Shown: positions 6,775 to 13,146 of the stretch, one piece after another
Position numbering within the stretch: position 1 is the first letter of the stretch
Layout of the letters: each line of letters begins with the position of its first letter
From: Planctomycetales bacterium
Lineage (GTDB): Bacteria > 4484-113
NCBI GenBank assembly: GCA_037445915.1
Contig: JBBIJQ010000015.1
Location: forward strand, 23,638 to 37,597
DNA length: 13,960 nucleotides
Direction of reading: 5' to 3'
The notes under the pieces: model-generated
The model's input: only the letters and a program-made list of their open reading frames with translations
Database searches by the model: none
Told to the model about the DNA's origin: nothing
Position numbers and translations under genes: made by a program

Positions 6775-9700
6775 ATGAACTGCAACTGGGCATGGAAATC
6801 TTGTTTTCTTATTATCGTGCTGTTCCTCGCCACCGCCTGTGGGGGCCAGCGCTCTTCCGTTTCTTCCGCCGCAATCCTTCGTTCGGGGACGCTTGGACAG
6901 GAGACTCCTGAACCGCCCCTTTTGCGAGACGAGCAATCAGCCTACGATCCGGCTAAAGCAATCAATCGCTCCGGGTTTTCGCTGTTTGTGCTAGACCGAT
7001 GGGGCGAAATAGCTCCGGGCGACCGGAAGAACTACGACATGACCATACGGACGTTGATGAACGGCGATACGTTTGTCTCGGTATACGCCGTGGGGCTTGC
7101 CGATTCTGCGGGCAGTTTTTTCATCCTCAAGTACAACCCGGATGAGTGGCGTGTCCGTGAAACGCTTCCTGGCAGCTTCTACGGCGGCGCGTCCAAAAGC
7201 ATCTTCATCTCCGTGGACAAGTTCGCAGGTAGCCTCCCATTCGGGCTTGCGCGCGTTCGCCCACAGGATAATGGAGTGGTCTCCGGCGACGGCCTCATCG
7301 CGGAAATCTCCTTCATGCCTGGCCGCGCAACAGGCAGCCGCACGACAAGCGCAACAGTCAAGGAAAGCTCGCTAATCCTTACTCGGTATGATGTGCAGCC
7401 GTTTGAAGGGCTGGCAGAGGTGGCTTGGGCAGACCAGATGCGCGGCGACTACGACAACACCGGCAAGGTTACTGTCGCCGATGTCACGCCGCTAGCAATG
7501 TTCTTTGGGGGCATCATAGGAGACGGCATAAGCAACGAAACCGCCGAGCTTTTTGTGGACACGGCCGGCAACGGCGACGACGTCATCAGCATTGCCGACA
7601 TCACTCCAATCGCGATGAATTACGGCAGCACTATTGACGGCTATAACATCTACCGCAGCGTTGAAGGGCGCCCCGATATTCCCGAAAAGAAGCTGGTAAA
7701 CCTTGTGACTTCCGGCGCCCTACTGAGCATTGACCGTTACGTGGCTGAGCAGTTCCTGCCCGCAAACTACGCTTACGTAGACGCAACGCTGATGGACGAC
7801 TTCACCAGCCCCAGCACAACCTTCATATACCGCATCGTCCCTGTTGGCGACGGTGGAGAAGCTTCTTATTCACACTCCAAATCAGTACTAGTCCAGGAAA
7901 CAGCCGACACGACGCCGCCTCGCGGCCCCGGCGCTCCATCCAACCCTTATATCGGATTGACGGCTGTGGATGCCGGCAACTCCCGAGCGAAAATTTCCTA
8001 CCGGCGCAATGCCGTGGACAACGTCTCGCCCGCCGACAAGATTAAATACTTCCTCTACCTCGGCCCGGTTGGAACCAGCTACGGCATTGACTTAGACAAC
8101 TCCGCCATCGTTGAGGTAACGAATACTGCTCCGCCGTACATCTGGGACGGCCTTGCGAATGGCAGCACTTACGCAATTTACATCGCTGCTGAAGATGAGG
8201 CTGGCAACCGGACGAAGCCGGTCACCGGCGCGGTTAAGACTATTACGCCCAGCGACGGCGCGCGCAACGACTTCACGCCGCCGGTCTGGGATACTACGGT
8301 TGGCATCGTGACCGCTACGCAGGGGAACGGCGGTATCCGCGTCACTTTCGGCACCGCCCATGACGCCCAATCCCCTCCGGTTCGCTTCCGCGTATATTAC
8401 GCCGCGTCAACCGAGCTTCTCTTTGAGACAGCGCCCCGCTTGGAGGCCGACAGCTCGCCTTTCAGCATCACTGGCCTGCAAAACAACACTGCCTACACGG
8501 TAGCCGTGCGCGCGATAGACTCGGCTGACCGCTACGACCCCCCTATCTCGCCTAACGAAGACGCCAACACGGTAACGTTCACCCGTACGCCAAATGCCGC
8601 TGCGGGGGATGTAACCCCGCCGGTTTGGGATACGACTACCGGCGTTGTTAAGGCAGTCCCCGGCGAGGGGAGCATTCGCGTGGAGTTTGGCACTGCGACG
8701 GATGCGGCCAGCCCGCCTGTCATATACAACATCTACTACCAGCAAGGGCCGCAGGTGGACTTTACCTCGGCGACGCAGGCCATCATCGCCACGAGTAATT
8801 ACCCGCCGACCTTCATCTACGGCCTGACGGACGGCCAGGCATACACGGTCATCGTCCGGACGGCGGACGCAGTGGGCAACGAGGAGAAGAATGCGGTCGC
8901 GCTTACGACCAGGCCTGACATCGGCTTGGACAACGAGCCGCCGACCTGGGATACGACAATCGGCGCCCAATACGCATCTTACGGCAACGGCTTGATAGAC
9001 GTGTCATGGAATAGCGCCACAGACGCAATGTCCCCGCCTGTGGGTTACCGCGTTTACTGGGAAGAGGGAGAAGGCGGCATAACCGACTACGCAGCCGCAA
9101 TTGCCAGTGGGCGAACTGCTACAACCACCGACCTTTACTACCGCATTGAGGGGCTAACGAATAACACAGCTTACAGCGTCGCAGTGCGCGCATTCGACTC
9201 CTGGGCTACGCCTAACGAGGACTACAACCTTGTGTTCCTCGTGGAAACGCCGCGCGGAGGCGTCGCTTACGACACTATATTGGTTGAAGACCACCCGACA
9301 AGCCCCATCCGTTATACGAGCACATCAGTCGCCCCTAACGGGACAATTGGCATCGCCTACACAGTAGCCAACGAGTTTCAGCCGGGCAGGTTCAGATACA
9401 GACTCCGCTATGCGCAAAGCGCAGACGGCGGGCGCACTTTCACTACTGAACTTGTAGCCGGCGACATGGCCAACTCGCGCGGGAAGATGCCTTCGCTGAA
9501 GTTTGATGCTGCGTCGGTGGCGCATATCGCCTTCATAAACAACACGCGCGAGTACGACACGAACCCTGATGTCCCATACACCCTCGTGGAGTATGTGAAC
9601 CGGGCAGGCGGCACTTGGTCTGCGCCTGAGCTAATTGACGGCGGCGATAATGACACCGTTTATCTCAACCCGAGCCTGGCTTTCAACTCAGCAGGAGTTC

Positions 9701-10446
9701 CTGCCGTGTCCTACAACGTTTGGCTGACCGCTGATAACGATAAGACAGGCCGGCTGTATTACGCCAGAAAAGATCCGGTCTGGTCGGTGGAAGAAGTAAA
9801 CGGCGTGCGCGCGGGCGGCGGCCCCGGCCAGGACGGGGCAACGACTCCGCTTTCATTCGGCGTTTTCAGGTTTGGCGGGCCTCCAATGGAAGTTCCGACC
9901 ATCGCCTTCTCCGACCCATCCAAGGCAGGCAATCTTTTCTGGACGCTGCGGCGCGGCGCAGGCGATTGGTATACCTTAAGCCTTGACGATGCTAGCTGGA
10001 TGACACACGTAGGCCTTTACATGTGGAAGGCGGATGTCGGCGGGGGCAACTTCATCTACTTACCCCGCATTTCCTACCGCTTTGAGACTGGCACGGCTCT
10101 TTACATAGCCAAGAGCTATGTTGAAGACAGCCAGCTAAAATGGTCGTTCACCCAGGCGGACTTTTCCAACGACCCGGGCACCGGCTTCTACTCCAATGTC
10201 GCAGTGGCATTTCAAGCGGGCTATGAGATGATATTCGCAACCTGCTGGGATATGAACCGCCAGAAAGGCAAACTCTGCATTGAGAACTTATTGGGCGGTG
10301 ATTACATGGTTTATGATGTCCCGCCTTACACCGCAGTTCGCTCTGGAGAGTACATCTCAATGGGCCTCCTGCGCGTAGGGGCGAATGACAAGGCCATCGT
10401 CTCGATGGTAGCCGACGCTAACCTGTATGTCTCGGTGATGAAATAG
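6775..10446 (+). CDS. Large multidomain surface lipoprotein: cohesin-like, dockerin-like, 4x FN3-like, Asp-box/beta-propeller-like C-terminus
   Basis: Lipobox-like LATA-C22-GG after a hydrophobic stretch. Cohesin-like segment F.LKYNP...SGDGLIAEISF. Duplicated Ca-loop/helix GDYDNTGKVTVADVTPLAMFFG and GNGDDVISIADITPIAMNYG. FN3-like GL.N(G/N)T.Y.V.VRA.D repeats. Asp-box SADGGRTF. Confidence 0.85.
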   Translation: MNCNWAWKSCFLIIVLFLATACGGQRSSVSSAAILRSGTLGQETPEPPLLRDEQSAYDPAKAINRSGFSLFVLDRWGEIAPGDRKNYDMTIRTLMNGDTFVSVYAVGLADSAGSFFILKYNPDEWRVRETLPGSFYGGASKSIFISVDKFAGSLPFGLARVRPQDNGVVSGDGLIAEISFMPGRATGSRTTSATVKESSLILTRYDVQPFEGLAEVAWADQMRGDYDNTGKVTVADVTPLAMFFGGIIGDGISNETAELFVDTAGNGDDVISIADITPIAMNYGSTIDGYNIYRSVEGRPDIPEKKLVNLVTSGALLSIDRYVAEQFLPANYAYVDATLMDDFTSPSTTFIYRIVPVGDGGEASYSHSKSVLVQETADTTPPRGPGAPSNPYIGLTAVDAGNSRAKISYRRNAVDNVSPADKIKYFLYLGPVGTSYGIDLDNSAIVEVTNTAPPYIWDGLANGSTYAIYIAAEDEAGNRTKPVTGAVKTITPSDGARNDFTPPVWDTTVGIVTATQGNGGIRVTFGTAHDAQSPPVRFRVYYAASTELLFETAPRLEADSSPFSITGLQNNTAYTVAVRAIDSADRYDPPISPNEDANTVTFTRTPNAAAGDVTPPVWDTTTGVVKAVPGEGSIRVEFGTATDAASPPVIYNIYYQQGPQVDFTSATQAIIATSNYPPTFIYGLTDGQAYTVIVRTADAVGNEEKNAVALTTRPDIGLDNEPPTWDTTIGAQYASYGNGLIDVSWNSATDAMSPPVGYRVYWEEGEGGITDYAAAIASGRTATTTDLYYRIEGLTNNTAYSVAVRAFDSWATPNEDYNLVFLVETPRGGVAYDTILVEDHPTSPIRYTSTSVAPNGTIGIAYTVANEFQPGRFRYRLRYAQSADGGRTFTTELVAGDMANSRGKMPSLKFDAASVAHIAFINNTREYDTNPDVPYTLVEYVNRAGGTWSAPELIDGGDNDTVYLNPSLAFNSAGVPAVSYNVWLTADNDKTGRLYYARKDPVWSVEEVNGVRAGGGPGQDGATTPLSFGVFRFGGPPMEVPTIAFSDPSKAGNLFWTLRRGAGDWYTLSLDDASWMTHVGLYMWKADVGGGNFIYLPRISYRFETGTALYIAKSYVEDSQLKWSFTQADFSNDPGTGFYSNVAVAFQAGYEMIFATCWDMNRQKGKLCIENLLGGDYMVYDVPPYTAVRSGEYISMGLLRVGANDKAIVSMVADANLYVSVMK
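7906..9252 (+). repeat. Four tandem ~107-121 aa FN3-like repeats within the lipoprotein
   Basis: Units start at 7906 (DTTPP), 8269 (DFTPPVWDTTVG), 8608 (DVTPPVWDTTTG) and 8929 (DNEPPTWDTTIG). Units 2-4 share A.DA.SPPV.(Y/F)..Y, GL......Y.V.VR..D and NE(D/E).N; unit 1 is more diverged. Confidence 0.85.
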
Positions 10447-10571
10447 GCGCGTAGCGAGCATAAACTTTTCGCTTCAAGTTGTGCCATGGATTCTTGCCCG
10501 CGATATGAAAGCGCGGCGGGGCAAGGCAGCTGCGCACCGTTATTGCCAGCCAAAATTCCTTGCTATTCCTT

Positions 10572-10600
10572 GGAACAAAACCGCGCCGAACCGCGTCTAA
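10572..10600 (+). promoter_or_regulatory. ECF/sigmaE-type promoter GGAACAA-N16-GTCTAA
   Basis: GGAAC at 10572-10576 and GTCTAA at 10595-10600 match the established sigmaE-type consensus GGAACTT-N16-GTCnAA in sequence and spacing. Confidence 0.6.
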
Positions 10601-10604
10601 TCTA

Positions 10605-10695
10605 GTGAAGGGTGGATGAGCCTTCCCCGCTCACACCCTTTCCCATCCCCCCTAACTTGCCGGGGCCAGGAGCAAAAACCCCTGGCCCCTTTTTT
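10605..10695 (+). ncRNA. Candidate ~90-nt small RNA (C-rich loop hairpin, C-rich linker, terminator)
   Basis: Starts a few nt after the ECF -10. Hairpin GAAGGGTG-GA-TGAGC[CTTCCCC]GCTCA-CACCCTTT at 10607-10641, linker CCCATCCCCCCTAACTTGCC, then an intrinsic terminator. Confidence 0.55.
10662..10695 (+). terminator. Rho-independent terminator
   Basis: Perfect 9-bp stem GGGGCCAGG (10662-10670) / CCTGGCCCC (10681-10689) followed by T6. Confidence 0.85.
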
Positions 10696-10719
10696 CATTT
10701 TCCGATTTTTCCGGTTGCC

Positions 10720-10748
10720 TTGACAGGAAGCAGCTTTAGCCTTACCTT
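10720..10748 (+). promoter_or_regulatory. Sigma70-type promoter for the tRNA
   Basis: TTGACA (10720-10725), 17-nt spacer, TACCTT (10743-10748), 10 nt upstream of the tRNA. Confidence 0.7.
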
Positions 10749-10758
10749 GAAGCCGTGC

Positions 10759-10831
10759 GCACCAGTAGCTCAGTGGATAGAGCGTTGGCCTCCGAAGCCA
10801 AAGGCCGAAGGTTCAAATCCTTCCTGGTGTA
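10759..10831 (+). tRNA. tRNA-Arg(CCG), CCA not encoded
   Basis: Acceptor stem GCACCAG/CTGGTGT, D-arm GCTC-AGTGGATA-GAGC, anticodon arm TTGGC-CTCCGAA-GCCAA, T-arm GAAGG-TTCAAAT-CCTTC. Confidence 0.96.
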
Positions 10832-10900
10832 TTGCAGCCAACCCTCCGGCCATGCTTCAAAAAAGCGCACGCCTGAGATAACATTATTGCGGGAGCGAAA

Positions 10901-10984
10901 ATGAAAATCGTTAGGCTGTTTTTTACGCTTACTTTCACGATTACGGCTATCTTTGCTTTGACCGCGTCCTGCGGCGGTAGCTGA
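10901..10984 (+). CDS. 27-aa small ORF consisting of a lipoprotein signal peptide (MKIVRLFFTLTFTITAIFALTAS-CGGS)
   Basis: RBS GGGAG at 10891-10895, basic N-terminus, hydrophobic core, lipobox-like LTAS-C followed by GG, and tandem stops TGA TAG. Possible promoter TTCAAA(10856)-N17-TAACAT(10879). Could be a remnant of a longer gene. Confidence 0.55.
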   Translation: MKIVRLFFTLTFTITAIFALTASCGGS

Positions 10985-11058
10985 TAGCCAACATTCCGCC
11001 GGTCAGGCGGATAAGAGGTGAAAGGGTCTTCAGGCACGGTGCCACATTACGGCTAACT

Positions 11059-11679
11059 ATGGACACGATAAAGCAGCATATAATAGCCCCTGACGAGGAG
11101 TTGATGGAGCTTGCCGCGAATGGGCAGCTTTCGGCCTTTGACGAGTTAAATAAGCGCTACCAGTCCCGCATTTATAACTTTATCAAAAAACAGGTTGGAA
11201 CCCAGGAAACTGCGGAAGACCTGGCACAAGAAGTATTTCTTCGCCTGTTCAAGTCCCTCAAGAGCTACGATCCGGAACGCAAGTTTTCCTCCTACATCTA
11301 CAAAATCGCAGTAAACGAAATCCGCCGCTATTACCAAAAACAGGCCGGCTCGCAAAGCTATTCCCTGAGTGATCCGGTATTAGATAGTGAGGACGGGCGA
11401 GAGCGCGTTGATATCCTCCCCGGCGACTCCGGGCCTGATCTAATAGTTATTAAGATGCTCACCGGAGAGGCTTTGCGCAAGCTGATAGACCGGCTGCCTC
11501 CGGAACAAAAAATTGTCGTCTTCCTTAAAGTTTATGAGCAGATGACCTTTGATGAAATCGCCAAGGCGATGGACCGGCCGCTTTCAACCGTCCTTTCGCG
11601 AATGCGTTACGCGCTCCACAAACTACGCAAATGGATTACTGAGGAAGGAATTGCGTCAGATGAACTGCTCGGAAATTAG
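11059..11679 (+). CDS. ECF (sigma-70 family, RpoE/SigW-like) RNA polymerase sigma factor
   Basis: Region 2 motifs AFDEL..RY, AEDLAQEVFLRLF and FSSYIYKIAVN; region 4 LPPEQK.V..LK...MTFDEIA..M..PLSTV.SRM.YA; 206 aa. Confidence 0.93.
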   Translation: MDTIKQHIIAPDEELMELAANGQLSAFDELNKRYQSRIYNFIKKQVGTQETAEDLAQEVFLRLFKSLKSYDPERKFSSYIYKIAVNEIRRYYQKQAGSQSYSLSDPVLDSEDGRERVDILPGDSGPDLIVIKMLTGEALRKLIDRLPPEQKIVVFLKVYEQMTFDEIAKAMDRPLSTVLSRMRYALHKLRKWITEEGIASDELLGN

Positions 11680-11917
11680 GCTCCATATCCTGCGCTACCT
11701 GTGCGGAGAGTTGACGATAGTAGAGCTTGCGCAACTCCGCGCGCAGGTTGACGACTGCACAGGCTGCAATGAGTGCGAGAAAGAGCGCGAAGCTATGGAG
11801 ATGATACTCTCCCGCCTCAACACCGCTTACGAAAACGAGCCGGTGCCCGCCAGCCTGCGCGAGCGCATTTTCGCTAAACTTGCCGAGGTCCGCGGCGAAG
11901 GCGTGGACGAAAGCTAG
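11660..11917 (+). CDS. Soluble zinc-finger (zf-HC2/ZAS-like) anti-sigma factor, 85 aa; start ATG 11660
   Basis: MNCSEIR..I..YL.GEL...E...L..Q...CxxC and P.VPASLRERI match the RsrA/RsiW-type anti-sigma domain pattern. It overlaps the sigma stop by 20 bp, has GAGGAAGGA upstream and has no transmembrane segment. Confidence 0.8.
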   Translation: MNCSEIRLHILRYLCGELTIVELAQLRAQVDDCTGCNECEKEREAMEMILSRLNTAYENEPVPASLRERIFAKLAEVRGEGVDES

Positions 11918-11988
11918 CAAATGCCATGGCCCGCTCGGTTTGAATCCCCGCCGCACTAAGTTATAATGAAGCTAACAGGCGACCGCTT

Positions 11989-12026
11989 GAGCCACCCCTG
12001 CATTTCAGAGGGTGGCTTCGGCTTTT
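11989..12026. terminator. Hairpin between convergent anti-sigma and plsY, probable terminator
   Basis: AGCCACCC-CTG[CATTT]CAG-A-GGGTGGCT stem at 11990-12017, followed by TCGGCTTTT on the + strand. Confidence 0.6.
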
Positions 12027-12645
12027 AGTGCTTTGCTCCAACCTTCCGTTCTTTCCCCCTAATCAAGCGCCCGATGTTCTCACGGTGCGTGAATGCGACT
12101 AGAAGCGCCGCCGTAATCCCAAGCCAAGCATAGGCGCGGATGGATGGAATGGCGAGCGTTGCAGCCAGCAGCGCGGCTGCCGCCACCAGCGAGCCGAGAG
12201 ACACATAGCGGAATGCGGCGAACACAACCGCGAAGGCGGCCGTCGGCACTAGCACCCATACTCCGATGAGCGCAGTCACCGCGCCCAAAGCGGTGGCGAC
12301 GCCCTTGCCGCCCTTGAAGTTAAGGAACGGCGTGAAGGTGTGCCCAAGTATCGCAGCAAGCGCCAGCCCGCCCAGCATCAGCGCAGTCCTGTTGGTGTCA
12401 AACCCTAACGGCGCGCTCAGCATCCATCTCCCGACAAGCACAGGCAGCGCGCCCTTCGCTACGTCAAGGATGAGCGTGGCAATGCCTGCGCGCGCGCCGA
12501 AGTTGCGCCAGGCGTTGGTCATGCCGATGTTGCCGGAACCGAGCGTGCGGATGTCGGTCTTGTAGATGACGCGCGCGATTACGTAGCCGAAGGGGATTGC
12601 TCCACAGAGGAACGCCGCGGGAAGCAGGAGCCAATAGAGTTCCAT
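12025..12645 (-). CDS. plsY: Glycerol-3-phosphate 1-O-acyltransferase PlsY
   Basis: G.IPFG, DIR..GSGNIG.TNA.R, D.AKG, GH..TPFL.FKGGKGVAT..G, YVSLGS and HRENI.RL..G.E motifs. Confidence 0.96.
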   Translation of the reverse strand: MELYWLLLPAAFLCGAIPFGYVIARVIYKTDIRTLGSGNIGMTNAWRNFGARAGIATLILDVAKGALPVLVGRWMLSAPLGFDTNRTALMLGGLALAAILGHTFTPFLNFKGGKGVATALGAVTALIGVWVLVPTAAFAVVFAAFRYVSLGSLVAAAALLAATLAIPSIRAYAWLGITAALLVAFTHRENIGRLIRGKERKVGAKH

Positions 12646-12651
12646 GCGCGT

Positions 12652-12657
12652 ATTATA
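12652..12657 (-). promoter_or_regulatory. -10 box (TATAAT) for probably leaderless plsY
   Basis: The minus strand reads TATAAT-ACGCGC-ATG, with no SD. Confidence 0.6.
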
Positions 12658-12677
12658 AGCCAGCGGCGCGCTAAAGT

Positions 12678-13115
12678 TTAAACCGCAGGTTGCAAAAGCG
12701 CCCAGACGGTTAGAGTCTCACTGTGGTCTGGATAGTGGATGGTGGCGTTTATCTCGCCGCTTGCGCTGACCGTCCCTTCAAAGTAAAACTCGCGGCCGGT
12801 TTCCATGTTCATTATCACGGAGAAGCTCCCGCCGTTGCGGCTCCCCTCGCCAAAGACTTCCGCAACCGCCTCATCGTCAGGATACGACAAGCCGGCTTCA
12901 AGCAGCTCCTCAGTTTCAAGCAGCCGCACTTGGATAACGATGCTGGCGCCACTTGCTGGGTTCGTCGCAGTGCCGTGGTAGGTGCCGGACATGTTCGCCG
13001 GGCCGGTGGGCACGTTGAACGTTTGCCCTGCGCCGCCTCCGCACGCGTTAAGCGCCGCGAGCATCCCCGCAACGATGATGAGCGCCATAAACGCCAAGAT
13101 TAGCCTTCTTCCCAT
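12678..13115 (-). CDS. Hypothetical small lipoprotein (145 aa); start reassigned to ATG 13115
   Basis: MGRRLILAFMALIIVAGMLAALNA-C25-GGG lipobox. The mature part is beta-rich, beginning with .MSGTYHG. TGCTATAAT lies 6 nt upstream of ATG 13115. Confidence 0.72.
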   Translation of the reverse strand: MGRRLILAFMALIIVAGMLAALNACGGGAGQTFNVPTGPANMSGTYHGTATNPASGASIVIQVRLLETEELLEAGLSYPDDEAVAEVFGEGSRNGGSFSVIMNMETGREFYFEGTVSASGEINATIHYPDHSETLTVWALLQPAV

Positions 13116-13121
13116 GCGAGA

Positions 13122-13130
13122 ATTATAGCA
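13122..13130 (-). promoter_or_regulatory. Extended -10 (TGCTATAAT) for the probably leaderless lipoprotein gene
   Basis: The minus strand reads TGCTATAAT-TCTCGC-ATG. Confidence 0.62.
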
Positions 13131-13146
13131 GCGCTTCATTCAGCTA

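Noticed and set aside
6697-6936. N-terminal extension of the 6127-6936 ORF
   Set aside because: It overlaps the divergent lipoprotein gene and both promoters; the signal peptide begins at 6696.
7906-9252. Repeats as a CRISPR array or DGR template/variable repeats
   Set aside because: They are in-frame protein-domain repeats with general divergence. There is no repeat-spacer pattern, no cas gene and no reverse transcriptase.
10493-10525. Imperfect inverted repeat CTTGCCC...GGGCAAG downstream of the lipoprotein
   Set aside because: The interior is irregular and there is no U-tract, so there is not enough support to call a terminator or RNA element.
10759-10831. tRNA as the integration site of a genomic island
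   Set aside because: I saw no integrase and no duplicated tRNA 3' end in the window, and the flanking genes include housekeeping functions.
10612-10881. 89-aa + strand ORF in the track
   Set aside because: It runs through a strong terminator and the entire tRNA-Arg. Its Pro-rich low complexity reflects the C-rich RNA.
10981-11058. Sigma reading frame is open back to 10981, suggesting a -1 frameshift fusion with the 27-aa ORF
   Set aside because: An in-frame TAG at 10978-10980 leaves no window for shifting and there is no slippery sequence. An exported, lipidated sigma is also implausible.
11549-11659. N-terminal extension of the anti-sigma ORF
   Set aside because: It lies inside the sigma gene; the anti-sigma domain and RBS point to ATG 11660.
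633-13103. Numerous antisense or alternate-frame ORFs in the track (e.g. 633-1091, 2846-3517, 5806-6384, 8407-8970, 12723-13103)
   Set aside because: They are shadow ORFs overlapping well-supported genes in GC-rich DNA and have no recognisable motifs.
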